From positions 1-31,569 of the forward strand of contig NW_021832219.1 in NCBI RefSeq assembly GCF_006345805.1: DNA of 31,569 nucleotides, written 5' to 3'. Under the pieces are notes generated by a model. That model saw only the letters and a list, made by a program, of their open reading frames with translations, searched no databases and was not told where the DNA came from. The DNA comes from Octopus sinensis. Lineage: Eukaryota. The translations under genes and the position numbers were made by a program. Position 1 is the first letter of the stretch; each line of letters opens with the position of its first letter. Shown here piece after piece: positions 1 to 10,539 of the stretch.

Positions 1-60
1 ATAAAGGCGAGCGGATGGGTGGAAGATGTCTTACAAAATTACAGTTTGACGAAATAAAAG

Positions 61-324
61 TTATTTACATTATTTACATTTGAAGGATATTTCTCCTCAT
101 CTTGTTTGTTATTAACACAAAATTTCGGCTGATATACCCTCCAGCCTTCATCAGGTGTCTTGGGGAAATCTCGAACCTGGGTTCTCATTCTTAAGGTATT
201 TTTCGATAGCGTTGTTGTTGTTGTTGTTGTTATTATTATTATTATTATTCAGATCACTGCCTGGAATCGAATTCGGAATCTTGGTGTTAGTAGCCCGTGC
301 TCTTAACCACTACGCCATATGCCC
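61..324 (-). mobile_element. tRNA-headed SINE-like element with 3' hammerhead-like motif
   Basis: Minus strand: A-box TGGCGTAGTGG (317-307), B-box-like GAATTCGATTCC (274-263), (AAT)n/(AAC)n linker, then CTGATGA-stem-GAAA motif (159-114) and short tandem tail TGTAAATAATGTAAATAA (to 61). Confidence 0.7.
114..159 (-). ncRNA. Minimal type I hammerhead ribozyme-like motif (variant)
   Basis: GACAC-CTGATGA-A-GGCTG-gagggtatat-CAGCC-GAAA-TT-TT-GTGTT: stem I GACAC/GTGTT, 5-bp stem II, conserved core; stem III essentially absent. Confidence 0.6.
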
Positions 325-404
325 GTCATATTATTATCACTCATTTCTTGGTATTTCTGAGACAGTTAATCATTATCAAATGAAAACTGGTTCACCTTCT
401 AGCT

Positions 405-486
405 GATTCGGTGAACGGAACATCCTGATCGTGAAATTAAGATGCAAGTGGATGAGGACTCCAGAGACACAGGTACCCTTAACGTG
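405..486 (-). mobile_element. Degenerate fragment of SINE family C
   Basis: Aligns by eye to 2538-2620 (aacggaaca.cctg.tcgtgaaatta...cccttaacgt). Confidence 0.65.
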
Positions 487-612
487 AACAGAATGTGGCA
501 AAGCTGGCCCTTCTAAAGTAAAAGTAGCATTCGGTTTTGCCAGCTGAGCGGAAGGGGACAATATGGAATAAAGAGTCTTCCTGACGACGTCGACCTCACG
601 AATTTAGAATCT

Positions 613-823
613 GTTGTTGTTGTTGTTGTTGTTAAGCAACAAGACGGGTAAGGGTTATTAGGCGATGGTCTAGGGCTTAGGGGTGGGAGACCCCGGACTT
701 AGGAAAAAAAACTTTGTTCGTCTTGTTGTAGTCGAGGGCTCTTCGTTGACGCCCGACACCACTGTGAGGTGGCCCTCGAAGTCGCTGGAAATGGAGATCT
801 CCAGGTCCAAACTCTTGAATGGC
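613..823 (-). mobile_element. 5'-truncated retroposon insertion with (AAC)n tail
   Basis: Flanked by 14-bp direct repeat CGAATTTAGAATCT (599-612, 824-837); (GTT)n abuts the left copy; GC-richer than flanks. Confidence 0.75.
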
Positions 824-1077
824 CGAATTTAGAATCTTGAGCAAAGTGACATAACCACTTAGCGACGCACCCTCACTGGTCAAATGAAAGAATGTAAGAA
901 CGAACAACGGAAAGATTAAATGTAATATCAATAGAAATATTGGAAATAATTTGGAAAGAGCCACAACATGGGCTCTCTTACTGGATGAAATCTGTTTAGT
1001 AGACTTTCTTTCACAATGAGGGATTTGCACTTACATAGCATGGACTGATAAGCATATTTTTACGAAAATGAGACAAT

Positions 1078-1483
1078 AGGCGCAGGAGTGGCTGCGTGGT
1101 AAGTAGCTTGCCTACCAACCACATGGTTCCGGGTTCAGTCCCACTGCGTGGCATCTTGGCCAAGTGTCTTCTACTATAGCCTCGGGCCGACCAAAGCCTT
1201 GTGAGTGGATTTGGTAGACGGAAACTGAAAGAAGCCTGTCGTATATATGTATATATATATATATGTATGTGTGTATATGTTTGTGTGTCTATGTTTGTCC
1301 CTCTAGCATTGCTTGACAACCGATGCTGGTGTGTTTACGTCCCCGTCACTTAGCAAAAAGAGACCGATAGAATAAGTACTGGGCTTACAATGAATAAGTC
1401 CCGGGGTCGATTTGCTCGACTAAAGGCGGTGCTCCAACATGGCCGCAGTCAAATGACTGAAACAAGTAAAAGAGTAAAAGAGT
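1078..1483 (+). mobile_element. tRNA-derived SINE family A, full length
   Basis: A-box TGGCTGCGTGG, B-box GGTTCAGTCCC, internal TA/TG microsatellite, (GTAAAAGA)n tail; near-identical copies at 3272, 28890, 31219. Confidence 0.9.
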
Positions 1484-1751
1484 GCCATGCACACAAAAAA
1501 AACAAAAAATACTTTAAATAACTTCTTAGTATATAATGGGGGCAAGTTTTACATCATCTCAAAAGTCATTAGTTGAACTATTAGTCCTCTGGCATTCTGG
1601 GGGGTATCAGAGCGTTTGAGTGATATTAGACCCCAACAAACGCCCGTAAATTAAATGTATCTATCTGGGCCACGATTTTGGTCTGTAGTCCTGTGCCTTA
1701 CGGCGACGATCGGGACCCATCGTGTTTTATGTTAAATATGTGTTCACTTAC

Positions 1752-1874
1752 CTTACAAACAGCTGTTATTTTGTACTATATTCTTGGAACCCAACAAGAA
1801 AGATAAAATAAGTGGCAGCTAAAGAAACGCACAAGTTTACTAAAACCTTGGAAGACGTTAATTTCCATAGATTT
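1752..1874 (-). CDS. Adhesion GPCR exon 4 of 4 seen (ICL1-TM2-ECL1), frameshifted as assembled
   Basis: Acceptor ttatttcAG, donor AG|GTAAGT; phase-2 start matches the previous exon; (K)NLWKLTSSKVLVNLCVSLAATYFIFLVGFQEYSTK then TAA (1768-1766); one extra A would give ...STKITAVCK ending at the donor. Confidence 0.85.
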
Positions 1875-2111
1875 CTGAAATAACGAAAACAAGAAATAAT
1901 ACTGCATTAAATTAACACAAATATAAAATGCATTGTTCAAAGCACAAAATAGTATTACAACTATGTTTATAGGTGATGGTTATTCGAAATATAAATGATA
2001 TGTTGACTATGCATTTACAATATGTATTTAGACATGGTGTAGTGTAGCTGTGTGTAATAGGCTGTATTAGATATAAAGCATTGTGTTTATTGTTGACTGT
2101 GTTCATTGGGT

Positions 2112-2416
2112 AGGTGGAGGTACGTGGCCTAGTTGTTAGAGCAGCGGACTCGCGGTCGAGGGAACGCGGGTTCGAATCTCAGACCAGACAATGTGTATGC
2201 TTATGAGCGAAACACGTAAGCTCCACGCGGTTCCGGCAGAAAAGAGTAGCGAAATTCTGCTGACTCTTTTGCCACATCTTTCTCTCAGTCTTTCCTCCAG
2301 CATCATGCAGCTCACCTACGACGGACCGGTGTCCCGTCCAGGTGGGGAACCTATACGCCAAAGAAACCGGGAAACCGGCCCTTATAAGCCAGGCATGGCT
2401 CGAGAAGGAACAAACA
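2112..2416 (+). mobile_element. tRNA(Arg)-like SINE family C2 (head shared with family C, different tail)
   Basis: A-box TGGCCTAGTTG, anticodon-like TCG in GGACTCGCGG, B-box GGTTCGAATCT; first ~180 nt resemble family C, 3' part differs and ends GAACAAACA. Confidence 0.8.
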
Positions 2417-2498
2417 GGTTTGATTGTTGATAGTAGTTCTGTACATGACGCATTGATAGTTGTTCATGATAGATGTCCGTACATGACGCATTGAACGT

Positions 2499-2862
2499 GG
2501 AAGCAATCCGTCGGTTACGACGACGAGGGTTCCGATTGATCCGAATCAACGGAACAGCCTGCTCGTGAAATTAGCGTGTAAGTGGCTGAGCACTCCACAG
2601 ACACGTGCACCCTTAACGTAGTTCTCGGGGATATTCAGTGTGACACAGAGAGTGACTAGGCCGGCCCCTTGAAATACAGGTACAACAGAAACAGGAAGTA
2701 AGAGTGAGAGAAAGTTGTGGTGAAAGAGTACAGCAGGGATCACCACCATCCCCTGCCGGAGCCTCGTGGAGCTTTTAGGTGTTTTCGCTCAATAAACACT
2801 CACAACGCCCGGTCTGGGAATCGAAACCGCGATCCTATGACCGCGAGTCCGCTGCCCTAACC
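2499..2862 (-). mobile_element. tRNA(Arg)-like SINE family C, slightly 5'-truncated
   Basis: 13-bp TSD ACGCATTGAACGT (2486-2498, 2863-2875); near-identical to 26198-26580. Confidence 0.9.
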
Positions 2863-3271
2863 ACGCATTGAACGTAGAATACGCTGACGCACGCAAGCAC
2901 ACAACGTACACACATATATGTTGTTAATACATTAACAGCAATGCTACACTGTACAATAGACTACGACTGTAAGTTTTTGTCAACCCTGTATTCAACATGC
3001 AGTTTCAGGTATCATATTACACAGAGTGTCTCCTTGTCCATAAGAGTAAGAATCAGCCGGACTCGTTTAAATTCTGTGTTAGAGTACAACTCGCTAGGTC
3101 TCCACGGATACACAGTTTGTAAACTAGATTTCCTAAAATGTATAAGGAAATCTGCTTAACGAATTTGCGTATAAAATGCTCAATTATTAATTATTTTGAG
3201 TATTATTATGTGAAGATTTGTATGTTTTATATATGTATTCTTATCTAGATGTGCTCTTATATATTTAAATA

Positions 3272-3644
3272 CTCTTTACTCTTTACTCTTTTACTTGTTT
3301 CAGTCATTTCACTGCGGCCATGCTGGAGCACCGCCTTTAATCGAGCAACTCGACCCCGGGACTTATTCTTTTGTAAGCCCAGTACTTATTCTATCAGTCT
3401 CTTTTGCCGAACCACTAAGTAACGGTTGTCAAGCAATGCTAGGGGGACAAACACAGACACACAAACACACACATATATACGACGGGCTTCTTTCAGTTTC
3501 CGTCTACCAAATCCACTCACAAGGCTTTGGTCGGCCCGAGGCCATAGTAGAAGACACTTGTTCTAGGTGCCATGCAGTGGGACTGAACCCGGAAGCATGT
3601 GGCTGGTAAACAAGCTACTTACCACACAGCCACTCCTGCGCCTA
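3272..3644 (-). mobile_element. SINE family A
   Basis: Reverse complement of 1078-1483 with an internal deletion. Confidence 0.9.
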
Positions 3645-4323
3645 TGATGAACTTCTGGAAAGTTTTACAGATTTTTACAGTTTCAGTGATAGATTGGCTC
3701 TGTAGTCTTTGATTTAGCTTTCCCCTTTCTGGTTTTGAGAAGCCTAATTTCATGTATGTATGTAAGTTATATGTATGCATGTATAAACACTGTCAGAAAG
3801 ACATAGATTTCTGATTAAGATCAGGGAATACGGAGCAGCGTTAGACAAATATTGACATTCCAGCAAAACATATACCATACATACATATATACACACCGCA
3901 CACACATATTCTCGATCACACCCAAAGGAAGCTAATCTGGTTGGATAGCGAATATAAACTCGTCAACAAGCTACAACTCGGTCACAGACATATTGTATAA
4001 AGATGATAGAGACCGATATAGTAGTAACAGTAAAGCCATACTTCTCTGAATTAACTCTACTTAAACACACAGAACACCCCTCACTCCTCTTTTTCGCATG
4101 TCATCGTTAATGTGAGTCGCTTACAAAACCTGCACTAAAATATTTGTCCAGTCAACAATCCTTCATCAAATTGACAACATTCTGGAATTCTTTTCACATC
4201 CATGATTTTTCTGCAGACATCAACTATTGATCTTACCAATCTGTGAGAATTCCACAAACTGTTGGACACTGTCTCTCTGCATTTGAACAGTTTACAAAAT
4301 AAGATAGAAATTGAAATGCTTAC

Positions 4324-4445
4324 TTGAAATAAACATGAACTATTGCTGTCAGAATGACACAGACAAATGATATTCCGGAACCAATGTTAGAAAGAATAGA
4401 CAACATTTGACTATGTTTTACATCTCTTTCATTCTGGTAGACATC
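4324..4445 (-). CDS. Adhesion GPCR exon 3 of 4 seen (post-Stachel linker and TM1)
   Basis: Acceptor tctattgcAG, donor GTAAGC; 122 nt = DVYQNERDVKHSQMLSILSNIGSGISFVCVILTAIVHVYF + AA (phase 0 to 2). Confidence 0.9.
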
Positions 4446-4876
4446 CTGCAATAGAAACAAACGACAACATATTATCCCCTCCTTTCTTATCTTATTTCTT
4501 TCTTATATGCTAAGTCAATACTTATATAAATTATGAGGGTTAATATAGGCGGGTGCCATCTTCTATTACATGTTACATGATATTTAACCCCAGTGTGACG
4601 TTTCACTGTCGTTATGATGTATATGAGATATCTGAGTCAAGTTCGAATATACCACCGTCCTATAAATCTTTAGTTCAAATTCATTGAAGGTATATCTTAT
4701 TATATGTTATCAGTACAAATAATTGGAGCTGTTTGACCTAAACCGTTAATTGAGGGCGGACGTATGGCTTAAAATATGTGATAAATAAATATCCAGATAG
4801 TGTAATAAAGAGAAGTGAAGTTATTTAGTAATGTTCTAACAACACTGCCATTATGATGTCAGATGATAGTAGAACT

Positions 4877-5109
4877 TAAGGCGGCGAGCTGGCAGAATCG
4901 TTAGCACGCCGGACGAAAGGCTTAGCGTATTTCGTCTGCCGTTACGTTCTGAGTTCAAATTCCGCCGAGGTCGACTTTACTTTTCATCCTTTCGGGGTCG
5001 ATAAATTAAGTACCAGTTACTCACTGGGGTCGATGTAATCGACTTAACCCCTTTGTCTGTCCTTGTTTGTCCCCTCTATGTTTAACCCCTTGTGGGCAAT
5101 AAAGAAATA
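4877..5109 (+). mobile_element. tRNA-derived SINE family B, full length
   Basis: A-box TGGCAGAATCG, B-box GAGTTCAAATTCC; 16-bp TSD AGATGATAGTAGAACT (4861-4876, 5110-5125); other copies at 26705 and 29951. Confidence 0.9.
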
Positions 5110-5395
5110 AGATGATAGTAGAACTGGTATTGAGTGAACTAACTTATTGCATTGCTTCAGCTATTCCTTTAAGCTAAAATATGTACAGAAGATAGGGGTA
5201 GGTTTTAGTTTTACGGGTAGCAGATGTGTTGTAGAAACTGACAGATATTGTATATATCTGCATTATTGACACAGAAGTTTCATGTAAATGAGAGGAGAGA
5301 CCCTGTAACAGAATCATGAAGAGGCCAAATGTTTAACTTGTAAGCTACAAACATGGCTTTTGTGCTTTAGAGAATTATTGTATACTAAATAAGTA

Positions 5396-5748
5396 CCGTA
5401 GATCCTCGAGTATATTCCGCCCGTGAGTATAATATGCAGGGGATTTTTAGGGGGTTGTACCTCTGAAAAACCTAAACCTTGTGTATAATACGCACTCCTT
5501 CTCTAACCTGAGTCAAGGAGGTCAATATAACGTCCTTGGTTTGTAAAAATGTATACGGTAACGTCCTTTATTATTTTTGTATATATAGCATAATGCAAAC
5601 GTGTAGCTTCTTTGTACTTGACAGCAAAAAGAGACTCGGACATTGCTTAGGAAATATTTTTCAGTTTTACCGCGTATATAGTACGCTCTAGGGATTTTGA
5701 CCTTTAAATTTTTGGAAAAAATTGCGGATTATACTCGAGGATTTACGG
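5396..5748. mobile_element. MITE, Tc1/mariner(pogo)-like
   Basis: TIRs CCGTAGATCCTCGAGTATA / TATACTCGAGGATTTACGG, TA on both sides, non-coding. Confidence 0.85.
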
Positions 5749-6075
5749 TATCTCTTACTTAGATTGTCATTCAGATTGTTTTAGCCCAATAGATTTTAAA
5801 TTCAGCGAAAATGGTTGTTTTTCTCTGTCCCATGACATTCACCTTTGAGGAATTCTCATGCATTTAATTGAGGATGGTATCTTGGTTCATCAAGTAGACA
5901 CCGTTCTGAGTTTAAACTGATAAACAGCAATAAGAGCACGATCAACAGTGCCCTATTACAAAATACCAACCTCACATATTTACTAAAATGATGGTTAATA
6001 CGTGTTGAACTTATTTATGCACAGACAGGATTTCCAGTGTACTGGCAATTAACTGGTTGTCGTAATGTTACCAAC

Positions 6076-6225
6076 CATTAGCATGGCAAAACTTGTAAGA
6101 TGGTTACAAGTACAAAATACTTTTTTTCCAGGTTCATAGTCGGATGTATCACAGCCCTTTGCTGACCAGTGGGGATTACGCCCTGGGGATTCGTCCCAAT
6201 AGACACATTGTGGGTTGGTGGCATT
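6076..6225 (-). CDS. Adhesion GPCR exon 2 of 4 seen (GPS motif and Stachel)
   Basis: Acceptor gtatttcAG, donor GTTGGT; 150 nt = NATNPQCVYWDESPGRNPHWSAKGCDTSDYEPGKKVFCTCNHLTSFAMLM, the canonical C-x2-W...W-x3-GC...CxCxHL/TSF pattern. Confidence 0.95.
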
Positions 6226-6314
6226 CTGAAATACAATTTAATCAAATTACTTTGTAATTAGAAATATTAAATTTCTAAATATCTCATAGAGATATGTACG
6301 GTGGTGGAGCGATA

Positions 6315-6665
6315 GCGTGGTTGTATACTGTCAACTTAACGTGACAGTCCTGTAAGTGAATTACACCACCGCTGTTTAGCCCTAGGAAGCATCGAGCATA
6401 TTCCGCTCTTGAGTATAATATGCAGGGGATTTTTAGGGGGTTGTACCTCTGAAAAACCTAAACCTTGTGTATAATACGCACTCCTTCTCTAACCTGAGTC
6501 AAGGTGTATATAACGTCCTTGGTTTGTAAAAAATGTATACGGTAACGTCCTTTATTATTATTGTATATATAACATAATGCAAACGTGTAGCTTCCTAGGG
6601 CTAAACAGCGGTGATGTAATTCTCTTACAGGACTGTCACGTTAAGTTGACAGTATACAACCACTC
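6315..6665. mobile_element. MITE with ~76-bp TIRs enclosing a copy of the neighbouring MITE's interior
   Basis: TIRs 6315-6390 and 6590-6665, TA flanks; 6392-6594 matches 5406-5610. Confidence 0.85.
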
Positions 6666-7092
6666 TACTTTGTAATTAAAATACATGTAATGTATCTTTG
6701 CGAAAGTAACAAAATATCAAACAATGGTAATAAATGTTTAGTTATTATTGACACTGTGAACCCCAAATCACTGTTTGTAACGTAGCTGAACTGACAATTC
6801 AAATTTGTTTTTTAATCTATGTTTAGTATGATAATTTCTACTCCATCACATTAACAACTGATGTCGTTCTTGAAATATTTAGTGATCTACAAAATGACAT
6901 GATGGTCATGGCTGTAATGTGTTTCATCAGAGGCCTACTGGATCAGAGATGACATGAAGGTAAACAACAATAACAACCTCAACTATGGTCAACGGAAGCC
7001 CAAAGAAATTTATCACATTTAAAATACACAGACGCAATCAATGAAGGCAATAGACAAACATATTAAGAAAATACACTGGTGATTCTAAAAAA

Positions 7093-7161
7093 ACAACACA
7101 AATAACTGGAAACATATCCGCCGCGTGTATTATAAAGATAGTATAAGTTATAAGTTGAAAC

Positions 7162-7193
<32 letters not shown>

Positions 7194-7360
7194 ACACCAA
7201 CACCACCACCACCACTACTACTACTACTACGACTTCTACTACAACACAAATGACTGGAAACATATCCGTCGCGTGTATTATAAAGATGGTATTATAAAGA
7301 TATTTATAACTTGAAACTACTACTACTACTACGACTACTACGACTACTACTACTACTACT
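7093..7360. repeat. Two-unit tandem duplication with (ACT)n/(ACC)n tracts
   Basis: ACAACACAAAT.ACTGGAAACATATCCG.CGCGTGTATTATAAAGAT occurs at ~7093 and 7241, each followed by (ACT)n. Confidence 0.85.
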
Positions 7361-7458
7361 TGTTCCACCGCGGTCCGTGTTTCATTTGTGAGCAGTGGTG
7401 TATGGCCCTGAAACGAAACATAAACTGTGACAGCTATAACAAAATACATAGCGCTTAC

Positions 7459-7587
7459 CGGATCTATTACATTGAATGCTATTGTAACTGGTTCATCACG
7501 GTTGGTTATATTAACATTGGGAATACTTGCAGCAATAATATGGCTGTTAATTTTCGTATTTGCTTTGGCACTTGAGTTTTGTATTAC
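7459..7587 (-). CDS. Adhesion GPCR exon 1 of 4 seen (GAIN subdomain B)
   Basis: Acceptor tccctttacAG, donor GTAAGC; 129 nt = VIQNSSAKANTKINSHIIAASIPNVNITNRDEPVTIAFNVIDP, typical INSxIIAAS...EPVxIxF GAIN strands; phase 0 joins the GPS exon. Confidence 0.9.
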
Positions 7588-7879
7588 CTGTAAAGGGAAG
7601 CCGTTAGATAAACATATTTATTGCCATAGAAGAGTTTATTAATACATCGTTAAAGCATGGAATTAAACATTGGAGTTGTGCCACGACAATATTATTTTAG
7701 TCAGTACAACATATATTACAATATATATTACAATTGAGTTCATTACTGAGGGTTATCCTTGCCTTAAGGAATAGATAAATTGCTTTTACATCTAAATTGT
7801 AAATATTAAGAGCTGCTGTTATGTCTATGTACTTAAGAAAGTTCCTTGAAAATCAACGTATCCTTTGTTCAATCTTCTT

Positions 7880-7962
7880 ACATAGCACCTTGGGAAAAGG
7901 GATTTCTACAACAGCTTGTGGTTGACAAGAATTTTGAGAGATGTATTTGGTAGCTGAAACTG
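7880..7962 (+). mobile_element. Old fragment of SINE family A
   Basis: gcaccttggg...ttctac.a.agc...atttggtag..gaaactg resembles 1150-1228. Confidence 0.45.
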
Positions 7963-8124
7963 TTGAAGAGATCCCAAATTTCAACATTTGTCCCTTGGCG
8001 TCCTGTTATTTATTTGATTTCTATTCACTTCGAGCTGTGCGGATAATACCGGACTGGCTTGGTGTCTAAACCTAATTGCCTATTTCAACTGAATCTAAAT
8101 TATATATATATATATATATATATA

Positions 8125-8168
<44 letters not shown>

Positions 8169-8170
<2 letters not shown>

Positions 8171-10539
8171 CCATGAATTACTACACAAAGAAATTACTAA
8201 GAAATATGAAATTGTACCTTTTAACACACTTAGAAACTGAACCTTGAGATTAGAGAAATAATATTGGATTATTACCTAGAAGAAAAAACGGAACCTTATA
8301 CCCCCACTAGACCGAGAATCACACTCAAGGACCATAAAGAAAACTTTCTTGGTAACACGCAGGTCAGATTGATTTGCCCTACCAAATCTGACTTAGGCAG
8401 ACTGAGTAAACTTATTCTGGATAAATATTTACCTGCTATACGTAACAAGATTAAACTTAACCTTTGGAAGAATACTCAAGGTGCACTGGATTGGTTTTCT
8501 GCCATAAAGGTCAGTAATAATAATAGAAGTAAATTCATCCAATTTGATATACAAAATTACTACACATCCATAAACCCTATTATATTAAATAAGGCTTTAA
8601 TTTTTGCTAGGCGACACACTAAATTAAGTATGGGAGAGATTAGGGTTATCTTAACAGCTAGGAAAACTTTAATAGAGTTTGATAACAAACTTTGGGCTAG
8701 AAAAGACACCCAACTTGTTCGACATCACCATGGGATCGCCGGATTCAGCGGAAGTGACTGATCTGGTTGGGATGTACTTACTAGATAACATTAGTAGAGA
8801 ATTCCCTGAATTAAAAGGAGGACTATATAGGGATGACGCTTTATTTTTGGTAAATAATACATCAAATAGGAGACTGGATCTACTGAAAAAAAGACTAAAT
8901 GAATTTTTTAATAGTTTTGGCCTATCCATAATTATTGAAAATGAAAACTATTCTGCCAATTATTTGGATGTCAATTGCAACCTTACTAATGGGATGCATG
9001 AACCTTATATTAAACCCAATTCTAACTTAGTATATATAAACCGTTCTAGCAATCACCCCCTCAAATTAAAAGATCACTAGTGCGTAGCATTAGTCAGAGA
9101 ATCTCTTATCTATCCTCAAACGGGGACATTTTTAATAAGCATTGTGATAGATATAATACAGCATTGCTGAAAGCAGGCTACAAAAGTAAAATATGGTATA
9201 TACCCAAGGATAATCCTTCAAATACCGGTGGAACTATTAGGAACAACACCAATAAATTTAGGACAAACAATAATAACTGTAGGATAAGGAAAAATACGAT
9301 ATATAAAAACACATATGATAATTATAAAGGTGTTGGTAATTTCGGAGCTGTTGACGTTAGTTTAAATAAATTAGCGCACATAAGTGATGGTAGTAATATT
9401 AATAATACGCATATCAAAACTAATGGTAGGTATGATAATAGTAAAGTTTATTTACGCAATAATTATGGGAATATTGATAATGATAGGCATAACAATGACA
9501 TTGTTAAGGATAGTAAACATATGGGATGGAGGAGGAACAAGGTTTTTACTAAAAATAACAATTTGATAGGCAACCCTAATACTGATAAGGATACACTATG
9601 GCTGATAATCCCATATGCATTGCAGATAAAAACAGACATAGTTAGAGCTTTGCACAATGTAATATTTAGGCATTTTGGTTAGGGTAAGAATAAATTTGGT
9701 CATTTAATTAACAATGGAACTGTTAGAATAGGATATAGCATTACACATAATTTAGCCACCATCATCTCCTCATTTAATAACAGGAAACTGGATTACTTCT
9801 ATAATGATAGAAAGTTGAATTTAGATAATAGTAATTTGCCTCTCTATAATCGTAAGAACAATATTTCTTTTGGAGCTAACACGAACAACCCCCTTGCAAA
9901 TTATGATGGTACCGTACCTGTAAGGAAAAATATTAATGTAATAGATGATACCACTACCACTAATACTATTACTATTGATAGGAATATCGCCAATAATGAT
10001 AAATCAAATCATTCGTTGAATTTGGGATTGGATAGTAAAAATAATTGTAACACTATTAATGGGAATAGTGTTACAGAAATTTTGGCCAATGTTAGATCAC
10101 CCCAACCTGTTGATAACTGTAATTGCAGAAACAGAAATCAATGTGTGTTTGGTAATTAATGCCTCAAGAAAGAGGTAGTTTATCAATGCACTGTGGATAC
10201 ACAATTTAGTAGTAGGGTATACATCGGAGCAACTATGAATAGCATGAAACAGAGACTTAATTATCATAGATATACTTTTAGAAATAAAAATAGGATGTAC
10301 TCTACGGGGTTAAGTGCGTATATTTGGGAACTCAAAAGTAAGAACTTAGATTTTAAATTAAATTGGAAAATACTAACTTCTGCACCTGTATATAATGGAA
10401 AAAATAAAAAAATGCTCTCTATGTATTAATGAAATTTTTTTCATTATCAAAGCTGGTAGGCCTATTATTAATAATATTAATGAAAAAAATATTTTTTTGC
10501 ATTCATAAACTACCGTACACTTTCTCTAGATTTAAATAG
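8169..10539 (+). pseudogene. PLE reverse transcriptase / GIY-YIG endonuclease ORF (disrupted)
   Basis: ITLKDHKENF..RLICPTKSDLG, FIQFDIQNYYTSI, ITMGSPDSAEVTDLVG, GLYRDDAL, NYLDV, YIKPNS..YINRSSNHP; CNCRNRNQC (CxCx5C); VVYQC..YIGAT..KQR; C-terminal CSLC. Frameshifts near 8237, 8708, 9058, 10410, 10495; stops at 9680 and 10157. Confidence 0.9.

Noticed and set aside
246-324. tRNA gene calls here and at other SINE heads
   Set aside because: A/B boxes present but no proper acceptor stem or terminator, and they run into repeat bodies.
677-1030. 117-aa ORF with a hydrophobic stretch as a further GPCR exon
   Set aside because: No TM3 motif and it runs through the TSD-flanked retro-insertion.
4130-4280. 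Possible extra minus-strand exon (AG...GTAAG) after the TM1 exon
   Set aside because: Translation has no GPCR features, and the TM1 exon joins 1874 in the correct phase.
7093-7360. Repeat-spacer or CRISPR-like pattern
   Set aside because: Only two units separated by microsatellite, in eukaryotic context with no cas genes.
7063-7642. Poly-Val ORF and hydrophobic plus-strand ORFs
   Set aside because: Poly-Val comes from (ACT)n; the plus ORFs are antisense to the GAIN exon.
9680-10159. Programmed readthrough or selenocysteine recoding in the PLE ORF
   Set aside because: The stops are TAG and TAA, not TGA, and come with several frameshifts; decay is the simpler explanation.
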